DNA of 64,000 nucleotides, from NCBI GenBank assembly GCA_951406725.2, contig OX597823.1, positions 45,756,001 through 45,820,000 on the forward strand, written 5' to 3'. Below are positions 1 through 13,547 of the stretch, in pieces (the stretch's first letter is position 1; the number at the start of each line of letters is the position of its first letter). Made by a program: the position numbers and the translations under genes. Below the pieces are notes generated by a model. The model saw nothing but the letters and a program-made list of their open reading frames with translations, was not told where the DNA came from and ran no database searches. The stretch comes from Octopus vulgaris (lineage: Eukaryota).

Positions 1-350
1 TTTTCTGACCTTTTATATGTATAATTCGGCGCAAGGATTTAAAGCGTTGTGGTTTTACTTCAATATTATTTATAATGCGGAGGGAAAAATACCTTCGCTG
101 GAGAGGGTACATGAGATAATAGACCAACGGATAGCGACGACTTGAGCTATTTAAATGCTACTTGAAACTTTGTTTTCTACAGAAAGCACACATATTAACC
201 AAATATAATCCTAGTTGTTAAGTAAAACTGATTTTCTGCTATTGAAGGCATCCTTTCGACAAGGTCAGTTTTGTATACAACAATAAATACCTTAGTGACA
301 TGTTCTTAATAAATAACATATTCTTAGTCACATTGATGAAAATATGAGGG

Positions 351-361
351 CTACTACTACA

Positions 362-443
<82 letters not shown>

Positions 444-444
444 T
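351..444. repeat. (ACT)n microsatellite
   Basis: Near-perfect ctactacta run. Confidence 0.95.
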
Positions 445-861
445 TACTTTTGAAATATAAACCGACTATTTATTTGTTACAAGGACAGAGGAGTTACAAA
501 CGCGAAATGCCCCCGTCCCACCAAAAGGTGTTGTATTGAACGACAAATATATATATATATATATATATGAAATGTTAAATTACTTGACGTTTGTATAAAT
601 AATATAATCAGATAATATTCCAAAAATAATAAATTAACACCATCCAGGAGGAGACTGGATAATCCACAAAAACTTGATGGAGGGCAACACAAAGGTAAGT
701 CGCTTCTAGTTTGCAGTCAGTGTAATCTTTGTATGGAATTCAACACATCTTATTTTATTCCGACAATCAGATGAATGTCATGTCAAAAGCTGACAAAGAG
801 AGATTTGTTAGAAAATAAAAAGGCAATTCCTGACTCAAATCTTGTAGCTTGTTCTCCGCCA

Positions 862-1162
862 TCTTTTATCTTTTATCTTTTATTTGGTTCAGTTATTAGG
901 TTACGGTCATGCTGGGACAATGTTGTGAAGAGGTTTTAGTCGATCGGATTGACATCAGTAATTTTTTTTCTTTTAAGCCTGTTATTTATTCTGCTGGTGT
1001 GTCGACAGGCTTCTTTCAGTTTCCGTCTATAAAATCCACACACAAGAAATTTGGTCGGCCTGAGGCTATAGTAGAGAATACTTGCCCAAACTGATACTCA
1101 GCGAGATTGAATTCACAACCATGTGGTTAGGACGCAAACTCCTTACCACAGGGCCAAGCCCT
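862..1162 (-). mobile_element. tRNA-derived SINE, group A, decayed and internally deleted
   Basis: Reverse complement matches head/core (cttgggcaag, gacggaaactgaaagaagcc) and tail of the copy at 27162-27651. Confidence 0.8.
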
Positions 1163-1827
1163 AGTTTGATTCTTATCAACACGACACTAAAGATAGCTTC
1201 CACACTTCTTTGAACAAAGAGTTGCTGCAACTAACAATAAATTTCTCCACATTGATCCTGTCAACTAACTAATCCCTTGTGCTGTGTCAACATTTTACGA
1301 AGTGTCCTGTAAACGCCTTGACTTCAAAATCATATATTTATATTTATATGTAGAAACATAAATCCAGACATACCCGTTTTAATCAACACGCACAGCAGTT
1401 TGACACTAGCATGAACTATATTTATTGGACGTCTTAATATTGAGTGATGAATAACTCGGATTTCACTCTCCAATTCTTACTGGAAACAACGTCTGTTTTT
1501 ATTTGCAGTATGTGGCCGAAGAACCAATCACGTAGACGTATTTTGTATCCATTTAGACATGACAAATTATTCTTTGCCATTAAAATACACTTTACAATGA
1601 AAAGTGGGAATAGCAACGAAAATTTATCTATATCGTACATGCTTTCAATCTGTCCAATAAGTAGTCGATAGCATTCATTGAAGAGAATTCCTGTTGAACG
1701 TTAAAAAATTATATTTTATTCATTTACACACACACACACGTATACGTGCGCACACACATACTTCCCCCGCCGAACGAACTTCACCGTAGAATATTTGCTT
1801 AAGCAAACCACCACTATCTCATAAGAA

Positions 1828-1887
<60 letters not shown>

Positions 1888-2259
1888 CGGCACTCCGTCG
1901 GTTACCACGACGAAGGTTCCAGTTGATCTAATCAACGGAACAGCCTGACATTAACGTGCAAGTGACCGAGCATTCCACGGACGCATGTGCCCTTAACGTA
2001 GTTCTCGGGGAGATTCAGCGTGACAAAGAGTTTGACAAAGCCGGCCCTTTGAAATAGAGGTACAACAGAAACAGGAGAAAAGAGTGAGAGAAAGTTGTGG
2101 TGAAAGAGTACAGCAGGGTTTGCCACCACTCCCTGCCGGAGCCTCGTGGAGTTTTAAGTGTTTTCGCTCAATAAACACTCACAACGCCCGGTCTGGGAAT
2201 CGAAATCGCTATCCTACGACCGCGAGTCCGCTGCCCTAACCACTGGGCCATTGCGCCTC
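1888..2259 (-). mobile_element. tRNA-derived SINE, group D
   Basis: Minus strand starts gaggcgcaatggcccagtggttagg (A box) ... ttcgattccc (B-box-like); 3' stem-loop tcgtcg..cgacgg; flanked by TA/CA microsatellites. Confidence 0.8.
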
Positions 2260-2284
2260 ACACACACACGTTTGTGTGTGTGTA

Positions 2285-2390
<106 letters not shown>

Positions 2391-3149
2391 ATGTATATAT
2401 GTATGTTTCTGAGAATGCAACTATACTGAAACAATTCCCTACATATAAAAGTAGTACGGCGCTCAGGATGTGCGGTTCTTTGCAAGTTAAAAAGGTTACG
2501 TACATTCCAATACGTCATCTTAAGATCTGATGTTTTCGAGGATGTCATTTGGCTATGATTTAACTCACAGATTTGTTGAACATTTGTATTTTACCTGCAT
2601 GAGTGAACAACTGCCAAGCGTTAGGAGCTGGCCCCTGTGTTAGTGACAAGCTTTGCTTAGACCATCTTTTCTCGGTTCTTCTTGTCAACAGCTGAGTAGT
2701 GCTATCTTTGAAAAGAGCTAATTAATCACTCGGGGTGCTGCCGAACCTCACCTCTGTGATTATTTGAAGATGAAGGGACCAGTATCGCATGCCACCAACT
2801 GGTACATGTATTAGCAATTATATACTCCTAATTTGTTAGCCCCGTATGCTTCACTGCAATCCCATCACCGCAGGGAGTTTTTTGCATGTTCGTGTACCGT
2901 TCCGAATATTCAAGAGGTTCCTGTACATGAATTTGTTTTGAGTGAATAAAGTATTGCGCAACACTGAATTCACTTTCAACACTATCAGCTATAACACTGG
3001 TGGCACAACAGAATTTGAACTACCAGAAACCCAATTGCACTTAAGGTTTTTATACGAGTTTCCCTTCTAGAAGGAAGTTCTAACGAGACCTTGGGGTCCT
3101 TCACCTCTAGTGGTCAGGAGACTCTCAATTGCAGTACAAGTTTGTCAGT

Positions 3150-4215
3150 TTCTAAGGCATGTGATGCATTTGGGAAGCTTGTATCGAAATTCTGGTCGCA
3201 ATTGAACATCAAAACAGTACCTGGAGCCGAGGTCTAGCAAAAATGCATCTTCACAACGCTGGTTTATGGATGCGAGACCTAGACAACTTACCGCAGGCAT
3301 ATACAACGTCTCCAGTGATTCCGGCAGCGATGCATGCGTACTATCCTGAAGATCGCTTGGTGGTTTCATGCGCTTGATACGAGAGTATAGCAGCATGATG
3401 CATATCGAGTTCATGATTATGAAACGGCAATTTAGATGGTTTAGTCATCTTGTCAGTTTAGTATATTATGGACTGGTGTGAGGAAAAAGTGTCCAGTGCA
3501 GGAAATGCAAGCGTTTCAAAGACAATCTTAAAGATACAAAATACTACCGCTTTCGAAGAATTCGAGAACATCAAGGTAGCGCACACTGAGGCGCGCGGCT
3601 TAGTTATTAGGGTGTTGAACTCGTGGTCAAAAGATTGTGGGTTCAATTCCTAGACCGGACAATGCGTTGTGTTCTTGAGCAAAATACTTCCTTTCCCGTT
3701 GCTCCAATCCACTCAGCTGGCAAAAATGAGTAATCCTGCGACGGACTGGCGTCTCGTCCAGGTGGATAATTTATACGCCATGAAACCTAGAAACTAGCCC
3801 TTATGAGTCGGCATGACTCCAAAAGGTAACTTTATTTAATTTTACTTTACACTGAGATGAAACGTACTGGTAAATTTATATAAGATGTGAACCCTCCTCC
3901 TGAGAGGGCACAAAAGTGTCCCTTTCGTGTAAATGGTATGGTAGTGCTTCTCAAAGACAGATCTGCTCAGCTACAAGTGTACTCATGGAGATGCCACTGT
4001 CTAACAGTGTGATATCTGGCATGATCTGTCGTATACCTTGCGTAGCAGAGTGTGTCAGCCAGTGGACTCACTCGGCATTGTAGGTCCTAGCATCTAGATG
4101 GTCGGGCTGTTGATTGGACTGAGGCATAGCTTGCAGTAGGCGTGGAATGACTTGTAAGTTCCTTGCAGGCGTTAGGGGCCATATGAGACGTCATCAACGA
4201 TCTAGAGACCAAATA
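3150..4215 (+). mobile_element. RTE-clade LINE 3' fragment (decayed ORF2), interrupted by a SINE
   Basis: Reads AFGKL..TTLVYGCET*TTYRRHIQRLQ*FRQRCMRTILKIAW..KRFKDNLK..FEEFENIKVAHTE|MKR, with a C-terminal C2H2-like CSRRGMTCKFLAGVRGHMRRH. Confidence 0.8.
3588..3848 (+). mobile_element. tRNA-derived SINE, group C (V-domain-like tail)
   Basis: Head gaggcgcgcggcttagttattagg..ggttcaattcc; CORE-like gttgtgttcttgagcaaa; cctgcgacggactggcg..gtccagg; TSD acactgag at 3583-3590 and 3849-3856. Confidence 0.85.
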
Positions 4216-4415
4216 TGGGACATTTCTTTGAATTAAATGAGTCTAGGAAGTAGTATTACTCAGCCACAAATTGACTTCCACCATCCATGCATGGGGTTGG
4301 TTGGCCGCTTGGTATGTATATGTATATGCATGAATATATTTATGTATGTACGTATATATATATATATATATATATACTGATATTATGGGTAATTGTATTT
4401 TTTAACTAAGTTATA

Positions 4416-4631
4416 TTGGTTTAAAATTTTAGCACGACCCAGTCACTTTGGGGGAGAGAATAAGTCGATTACATCGATCCCAATCCACTAGTACTCAACT
4501 GGTACTTATTTTATTGACCCCAAGAGAATGAAAAGTAAAGTCAACCTCAGCAGAATTTCAACTCAGAAACGGACGAAAACCCCCTATGCATTTTGCCCAG
4601 CCGGCTTACGATTCTGCCAGCTCACCGCCTT
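4416..4631 (-). mobile_element. SINE group B (tail type B1)
   Basis: Shared core aagtcgattacatcga..ggtacttatttt..gaaa..aagtcaacctc and head end gccagctcaccgcct. Confidence 0.85.
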
Positions 4632-5099
4632 ATAAGTAATATTTCATCCTTTATGCAAATTGAATTCTCCTAATACCTGTTGACTTATACAACACAACTT
4701 ACACACCCCTATACGACGGACGGCTGCATAAATTCATTTAGTTCCTACCACATGGTCGAGAAGCAGACTTCGTAGTTACAGCCATATTTCTACCTACATA
4801 TAAAATGTATGAGTAATATATTCATATCTATTGTCAAGAATGAAAAGCATTTAATTAAATATCATGGATATCGAATCAATCATGTTGTTTTCATGATATC
4901 TTTAAGCGCAAAACAGGAGTGATTTGAAAAGTCACGGAGCATATTATTGGATGGTATTCTAGGAAGTTGTTACACTCAACATCAAAATTTCGTCGAAAAT
5001 TATATGGCATTTAAAAATTTATTTATCTTCTACAAAGCCATGGATGCCCTCCATATTCTCATTTCCATTCTCAGTAATAGTCAAATTTTTAACATAGCT

Positions 5100-5312
5100 A
5101 TTGGTTTCAAATTTTGGCACACGGTCAGAAATTTCGGGACAGGGAGTTCGTCGATTACATCGACCCCAGTACTCAACTGGTATTTATTTCATCAAACCTG
5201 ATGAAGGTCAAAGTCGAATTCAGTGGAATTTGAACCCAGAACGTGAAGACGGACGAAATGCCGCTAAACATTTTTGTTTAGCGTGCTAACGCTTCTGCCA
5301 GCACATTGCCTT
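5100..5312 (-). mobile_element. SINE group B (B1)
   Basis: ttggtttcaaattttggcac tail plus core plus head, as in the other copies. Confidence 0.85.
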
Positions 5313-5822
5313 TGTACATATAAATATTAAGCCATCGTATTGGTTATGTTAGATATTTCAAATATCACTGTTCGCGTGCACAGGAAGACTGAATGTAGAC
5401 GTGTCAACAAATATTACGACGTTGTTTCTAACAAGTGAGTTAGACTGCTGCATTTTGTCCTATAATGCAGATAGAAAAAAGGCTCTGATAAATGAAAAAA
5501 ATAATCTACATACTTATTCACCTTGACGTTTATCGTTGAAAGTTCCAGCTTGGGAGTACAAACTTACCTCCGAAAGAAATATTTACGAAATCACTTAATA
5601 GATAAGAAAAACATTTTAAAAAAAACCGCATATATGCTTTCAAAATACCGAGTAAAGAAAAATTCATTAAAAGCTTTTAAACTTTATAATAACTATGTCT
5701 ATTTTCCGTCGCTACATTGCCGGTAAAAATATTTGTTAACATGCACGTACCTTCATAAATTGTTCAATGTGAAAGTTATTTTTTTAAAGTCAGTGTTGGG
5801 CTGTTTATATGTTGAAAGACCT

Positions 5823-5900
<78 letters not shown>

Positions 5901-6211
5901 CATAAAGGAAAGTAACGCAGAGAATGAACGAGTATTTTTAAGCTTTGTATGATATAAAGTGGTTCAGTAAGCCGACGAACCTCAATAACGTAAGCCTGTA
6001 GGTTCAATTACGCAAGGCAATGCACCCGGCTTCTTCGTCAGAATCATTCTATCCACCACTGTATGCCACCCTTGCTAAGCTTGTCTCTGAGAATTCTTAG
6101 CGGAATATTGAATCATTATATCACCATCGCTGCTTATAATACAAATCTTCTAAAACAGCAAATGGTCTAAACTTAGTCATTTTCATTTGCAATATCTGCC
6201 TTAGCATTTTA

Positions 6212-6351
6212 AACATTCGGATTACATATCTTCAACGTCTACAATCTGCAAACAACTAGTAACAGGAGGTGGAATTTATGCGATAATTGTTGCACATTGT
6301 TTACTAGTTGTTTTCAGATTGTAGACGTTGTAGATATGTAATCTGAATGTT
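6212..6351. repeat. Inverted repeat with ~53-bp arms and ~33-nt loop
   Basis: aacattcggattacatatc..actagtaaca versus tgtttactagt..gatatgtaatctgaatgtt; 3 mismatches and 1 indel. Confidence 0.9.
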
Positions 6352-6875
6352 CCTTTTTAATATGTTTTTACTGTTACATTAGCCGGTCTCTTTCTTTGCT
6401 TGAAAATCATGGCTTTTCTAAATTGAGATTTAGACTTTTACTAACATAATCAAAGGCACCAATGTTTATTGATATAATCGTTTATGTATAATCGGATTAG
6501 AGGAGCAGCATTTTTCAAAGCAGTTGTCCAGAAATATTCGAGATGTTCGCCACTTCAGGACAGTTAAACTTCATGTCTACACATGATATTTTTTAGTATC
6601 CCCAAATACCTACTTCAGGCCTATTTTATTTGCACATGGCAGAAGTTTTGATGGGAATAAAAAGAAAAACAACCGTTTGCTAATCTAGGCTTCTTTACGT
6701 TAGTTTTGCTCCTGAGAAAATTTCTTCAAAAAAAAAAAAATATAGTGATTCTCTCCGCTTTCAAATCTTGTGCTGATGGCATCGTGTGTGTGTGTGTGTG
6801 TGTGAGTGTGTGTGTGTGTGTGTATTTACGTACGTATCTATGCATGTATGCATGTATGTACGTACGTATGTATGT

Positions 6876-7853
6876 CTGTCGAGGCTGAAGGCAAAACAGG
6901 AATGCTGTTAATGGAGGACGCAACACTGACAGCGCACTCTGAGGAGCAAATGCAACACCTCATGGACAAATCCTGAAAGGCTTGTCATGAATTCAGCCTG
7001 GCAATCAGCCTGAAGAAGACCAACGTACTGAGCCAACAACTACAAGCTGCTGGTAGTCCATGAATTCACCTACCTCGGCTCTACCGTTTCTGGCAACCTT
7101 TACCTAGACCCTGAGATTTGCAGGTGAATTGGACGAGTATCATCCACATTTGCCAGGCTCACAAAGAGAGTCTGAAAAACAAAAACATGGCTGCAAACAT
7201 CAAGAGTGTTGTCTATAAGCCGTGCGTCATCAGTACGCTACTTCACGGTATTGAGACATGGAGCCTCTACTCCAGACAGGAGCGACGTCTCAACGTCTTC
7301 CAGCTTCGTAATTTAAGACGCACCTTGGATATCAAGTGGACCGACTGCATCAACAACACCGAAGTCTTCAACCGCACCAAGATACCCGGTATACGCACCC
7401 TGCTCCAGCAGCACGGTTTGTGCTGACTCGGTCATGTACATCGCATGCTGGATGGGAGGATCCCCAAAACACTTCCAGTGTGGGGAGCTGGTCACCGGCA
7501 CAAGAGCACGGACACAACATCATATTCGTTTCAAGGACGTCTGCAAGAGAGATGTGAAGTCAATAGATCTGGACGTCTTGAGATGGGAAGAGGTCGCAAA
7601 TGATCGCCGACGCTGGAGACAAACACTGCGAATGGGATGAAGGGAGCAGAAGAGAAATAGGAACTCCCCACCAAAGAAAAGCGCATTCAACGGAAGGAAA
7701 ACTAGTAGTGCCGGTAGAGAGCTCCTTCAAATGAAGTCACTGTATGCGTGACTACCACTCTCGTGTGGGCTTGTACAGCCACAGCTGTACAAGCCCACAC
7801 AATTTCTTCGGGCGCAGAGCCATGGTCTATGGAGACCGAAGGATGCCTACTGT
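6876..7853 (+). mobile_element. RTE-clade LINE, 5'-truncated with intact 3' end
   Basis: EDATLTAHSEEQMQHLMDK..ISLKKTNV..FTYLGS..STLLHGIETWSLYSRQERRLNVFQLRNLRRTLDIKW..RFKDVCKRD; 3' stem-loop ccatggtc-tatgga-gaccgaagg; TATG-type repeats on both sides. Confidence 0.9.
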
Positions 7854-8730
7854 GCATGTATGTATGTATGTATGTATGTATGTATGTATGTATGTATGTA
7901 TGTATGTATGTATGTATGTATGTATGTATGTATGTATGCATGTATGTATGTCTGAATTTAAGTTATCTTTGCAGAATTCAAGTCAGTCGCAAAGTCCGAG
8001 TGTTCTTTTGCTTAAGTCAAGCTTACTTTTAAGATTTGTCATTATCTGAATTAGTTGGTGCTTATGGATAAACTTGCACTACTTTAGTAGGTGTGCATGT
8101 CACTTGAGGTCCACAAATGTGTGTGCCTCATTATTGTCTATATGTGTACATCTGTGTATTCCATAGTTGGTGATTGTGTGTATGTTTTCAACTCAGGGAT
8201 CTTCCATGGAGAATCCGTGGAATACAAATTTTCATTCTATCTCCAATAGATTATATCTCGTGTATACGAATCAAATCGAATGCATTTATATAAATGTATG
8301 TATAATATATGTATGTATGTCTGTGATTGAGAAAGACTCCATACATTTGAAGATGTAGACGTCATCTGTCTTAGGTAGAGACATCAACACCTGATGAAGT
8401 TATGGGGTGGCCGTCGTACAATAAGTGTTTTTGAACCTATAAACACGGTGGGACCTGTTCCTCTTGAAATCCGGTCGCAACCAATTTCTCCAGGATAGAG
8501 AGCGAGAGAAAGAGAAAGAGAGCGAGAGAGAAAGAGAGAGAGAGAAAGAAAAAGAGAGCGAAAAATAGCTTGAAGGAGAAAGAAAAATCCATTCCATAAT
8601 TCGTATTTCATTTGTCAATCTACAGAAGTTCAAATGCGAAGTTGACCACAGCAGAGAATTGATCCTGGGGTGCAGGAGCGCCGTAAGGTATTTTATCCAA
8701 CAATGTAACATCTCTGTCAATACAGCTTTC

Positions 8731-8816
<86 letters not shown>

Positions 8817-8903
8817 ATATATATATATATATATATACACGCACATATATATACATACATATGAATATATATGTATATATATGTATATATATGTATAACT
8901 ATA

Positions 8904-8971
<68 letters not shown>

Positions 8972-10769
8972 AATACTCATATATATAATATGCTATTCTA
9001 TCATATATATCCCATATTGCAGTAAATGCAAATTTCATGAATACTTTTGTTATACTATACGTCCGCCATATACTGGGAGCGTTTAGCGTCGTAATAGTTT
9101 TAAAACAGTCATTTCCAAGACAAGTATTTTTCTTACTACTTGGCGTATATGATTTCAAGGTCCAGAACAGCGAGGAAGAAAGCTAAATATAATAACGCTA
9201 TGAATATTCAAATTAGGGTTACTTCTTATCAGCGTTAATCCCAGTTCGTCAATGTCGTTGCTATTAAATGTTCTTATGTAATTTGGGTATTTAGATAAAA
9301 GCTATTTAGTTTTCACGTCTGTTAACTGCCTGCATAATATTTCTGGGAAATATTTTTCTGAAATACGACATCCCTTTTGAACAATAATGTTAGAACATAG
9401 CCAGTTTGATGTGGTATTTATGCTTGGATTTGTATGCGCCCCGTTGCATGCGTATATCATTATACATTTACGAGCTTCTGCGTCCATTTGTACTTGTATC
9501 CGCGTGTGTGCTTGTACGTGTATGTAGCATTAAGCACATTATATAGAGATAAATGCGTGAATAGAAATATATCTGCACTCGAATGTGTATTCTGGAAGAC
9601 ATAAGCTTTTCCAAGCTATTGTATATGAAGATTCATCACCTCGCAGCGCGTTTTGTGTTACACGTATTTTCAATGAAGATCGGAATTTTAATATACTATC
9701 GTGATATGGTATGAAACATGACTATGGCGAAGGAATTTGCTCAATGACATAGGAGAAATAAATCATCTGTCAACTGTAAAGGTAAGTAGACAAATATATT
9801 GGTTCCTGCGAAATTGAAATTTGGTTTCACCGTACACATATTTATCAATACATGTGGACATTTGTGAGTACAGGCATATACGAACTTGTATATTTATGAT
9901 GTATTGCACACGCACACTCCAACACACACACACACACACACACACAGGCGCCCGCTGTGTATGTGTGTATATATGTGTGTGCGTGTGTATGTATATATAT
10001 ATATATGTATATGGCCGATATTTAGAAATATTCGTTTAGATATAAATACATACATATACATATGTGTATCTATATATATATATATAGTTATGATTACATA
10101 TATATATAGAGTACACATACTGCTTATTGGACGAATGACATTTTAAACTGACGCACACACACACACACACGCATATATACGCAACCACATACACGTGTGG
10201 CCATATACGGCATTACTTATGTGTGTCTGCATGCGTGCCTGTGTGTATGTAGGTATGTGCTTATGTGTGCGCACGCGCGTGTGGTGAGAAAGAGCACGGG
10301 CTAAGATGGAGTAAGAGGTTTGTGTAAGAAGAAAAAAAAGCTATGCAAAAGAATGTAGTTTTGACTTGGGAGTTTCATGTATAACATTTCGGTTTAGTGA
10401 TATTAGGTATAAAAGGCAAAGAATATTTGGGTTAGAATATTATAATCTATAATAATACGCTGAAGTAGAATATTTTCATACCTCCGTAAACTCGCAGAAA
10501 ACCAATATTACGACGCTGTTTCAACCTTCCATTGAAGCCATTTCAATTCAGCTATGGAATTAATGAGCGTTCAGATTGAAAGATTGCTAATATTCTTCTG
10601 CTTAGATCTATTTTCTACATTTTTGATTGAATGTAGTCTATACTTTTACAGATTTTGAGGTGAAGTATATCTGAGATTCTCAGTTCATTTTCTGATCCCA
10701 CTAGATATCTATGATTCTCATCTTGAGGCTTATTCAAAAGAGCCTGTTTTCTTGATGTGTGGCTCAATA

Positions 10770-11202
10770 TTGATTTCAAATTTTGGCACAAGGCCAGCGA
10801 TTTCGAGTTTGAGTGGTAAGTCGATTACATTTATCCTTGTGCCCAACTGCTACTTATTTTCTCGATCTCGATGGGATGGCGAACGAAGTCAACCTCGGCG
10901 GAATTTGAACTCAGAATGTAAAGACGGACGAAATGCCGTAAAGTGCTAATGGTTCTGCCAGCTCACCGCTCTTGTGTAGCTCAATATTGATTTCAAATTT
11001 TGGCACTAGGCCAGCTGTTTTCGGGTAGGGGTGAGTCAATTACATCGAACCCCAGTGCTCAACTGGTACTTATTTTATCGATCCCGAAAGGATGGCAGGC
11101 AAAGTCGACGTAGGCGGAATTTGAACTCAGAACTTCCGGACGGACGAAACGCCCTAACGTAGCTTGTCTGGGATGCTAACGATTCTGCTAGCTCGCCACC
11201 CT
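10770..11202 (-). mobile_element. Two tandem SINE B1 copies (10770-10971, 10987-11202)
   Basis: Two core/tail units separated and flanked by three copies of tgtgtRgMtcaata. Confidence 0.85.
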
Positions 11203-11854
11203 TGTGTGGATCAATACTACCGTTTATTTTTGTGGCGTGTCATTGATCTAATCAGCCTAAAGACACACTTCATTAGTCAATTAACCACTTTTGTACATAC
11301 ATTTCCCGTACCCTCTACTTGACGATTATCTCCCACATTACTTAGTAATCTCACAGAACAAGCATTAGACGGATCAAATCTCAGGATGACCACATAGCAA
11401 TATACAAAGACTTATATCTTTAATCCCCTAATATTTGTTGGGAACGAAAAATTCCCAGTAGTAATCGGTGGTTTAGTTTTCATTTTTAAGCGGTTCATAT
11501 CGCATTATATACAACAATAAATTTCAAGATTCAAGAAATCTCAAGCTAGATGTTTACGAAGCTGTATTCTTTGGCACACATTATTCAACCTATACAAACA
11601 TCTCATTTTATACACCTAACCTCGTAAATCAGTTGCATTGCAAAGACATGATAAAAAAAAATTCCACAGTCATGAGAAAATTAGTTATATTTTGCGTCAG
11701 CAAAAAGTAAAAAGTATAAATCAAATGAAAGAAAATATGAAAAAAATGATTACAGTTATTTTCGGCTGTAAATTCCCTTGTTCTAGCTTCGACAACAAAG
11801 ATCATACCGACACCTTCCGTAAGTCAAGCGATGAGTAGAAGGTTTAAAGATGTT

Positions 11855-12396
11855 GACATGGCTAGCCGCAGACAACCACATGGTCCTGAGTTCAGTCTCA
11901 CTGCGTTTCACCTTCAGCAAGTGTCTTCTACTACCGTCTCCGGCCGATCAAAGCATGGTGAGTGGATTTGAGGATTTGGTAAACGAAAACTGAAAGAAAC
12001 CCGACGCACACATTCACTCACTCACACACAAGCACACACACACGTTCCCCCCCACACACATACAGATAACAACAGATGCATTGTGGTTCACAACTGTGAA
12101 CCACAATCCATTTGTTGTTATTTATCGTTCACCTAACACGGAACCTGCAATTCCTTTGGATCTAGAGTCTATGGAGTGCGGTGCAAAATATGCAGTGAGT
12201 GTACCCATGTGTAATATTAACGACTCGTGTATTCAGTCACCTATTTGTGATTGTACGCACAACCGGAGTTCAAATCCGCGTTTATTTTAGTAACTACATA
12301 TTTGTCTTTAGATATTTTTTGTACACGATAAACCTATCACCGACCTGACCATGGTGTTTATGATCTAAATACCCGATTCTCTCGAATCCTGAAAAT

Positions 12397-12428
<32 letters not shown>

Positions 12429-12455
12429 TGTATATATATGTGTGTGTGTATATAT

Positions 12456-12506
<51 letters not shown>

Positions 12507-12750
12507 TGTGTGTATAATACGTGTGCATGCGCGCGTTTGCGCCTGAGTATGTCTCCCCACCACCGTTTGACAACCGGTGTGAGTGCTTCTACGTCTTCGT
12601 AACTTACCAGCTCGGCAAAAGACACCGATAGAATAAGTACCAGTCTTATAAAAAAAAGAGTACTGGAGTCGATTCTTTCGACTAAAAATTCTTCAAGGTG
12701 GCGCTCCAGCATGGCCCCAGTCTAATGCATTAAACAAGTAAGAGATAAAA
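11855..12750 (+). mobile_element. SINE group A split by ~530 bp of extra sequence at its internal microsatellite
   Basis: Head/core at 11855-12006; 3' half at ~12540-12750 (accgatagaataagtacc..ctccagcatggcc). Confidence 0.7.
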
Positions 12751-13229
12751 TATATTTTTAAGATAATCTGTTGTAGGATTTTATCTTTTATCCATGAGAT
12801 TGAAATGATTTTTTTTTACTTGTTCTGACCAGATCCCTTTGAAGCCTTGAATGCTAAGTAGGCTAGACTAACATTAGTAAATATAATGGTCGTAAACGCA
12901 TCATATCGCTGGGGAAATACACTTAATACCGAGAACTTTGGATCAACAAAGCCTGCATCAGAAACACGAAATCAATATTCAGCAACTATTTTCTTGACAC
13001 ATTTTATACAAATAAGAGAGTTTCTAAAGCCTTAACTTTATCTTAGAACAGTCTATATCAGCGACTAAGGTGCTCCTGTGAACAGCTTGCTCCGAATAAA
13101 TACTGTAGTAACAAGCAGCGATCGAGAATAATTCAACTATAGATTTGTTAGCATATGTTTGTGGCTTATTTTTACTTTTGAAGGCAAATTAACTACAGTA
13201 ACTATGGAGAAAAGAAAATAATTCTCCCT

Positions 13230-13421
13230 TATAGTAAAATGTGTAAGACATCATATCTACCCTGTGCTCTCTTTGAGCGGATTTCCAGACGTGTTTCAGG
13301 CGCTTTAGTCTTCTTCAGTATGAGATACTGAAGAGAGATAACCCTTGACACATTCTAAAGCCAGAAACGTAACTGGGAGTCCGCTGCAGGGAATCATTAG
13401 GCAGATATCGTGGTTTTACTA
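13230..13421. repeat. Palindromic element with two opposed hammerhead-like cores (Penelope pLTR-like)
   Basis: gcggatttccag/ctgggagtccgc, gctttag/ctaaagc, tcttcagtat/atactgaaga; minus core CTGAAGA-agac..gcct-GAAA-cac-GTC. Confidence 0.6.
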
Positions 13422-13451
13422 ATTTTCCTTTAAGAAAACCTTTTTTATATA

Positions 13452-13488
<37 letters not shown>

Positions 13489-13547
13489 ATATTTCGGGTT
13501 AGCCATTTTTTGCCAAATAAACACACGCACTATATATTCGTTTTTCG

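Noticed and set aside
2190-2259. SINE heads as tRNA genes (also 3588, 34284, 58956, 30272)
   Set aside because: No complete cloverleaf or acceptor stem; they continue into repeat bodies.
2590-2815. GC-richer stretch upstream of the RTE as an HDV-like ribozyme or 5'UTR
   Set aside because: Could not build the nested pseudoknot by eye.
8390-8480. CTGATGA-ag...ctt-GAAA-tccgg-TC as a hammerhead
   Set aside because: No stem I pairing and an unstructured ~65-nt stem II region.
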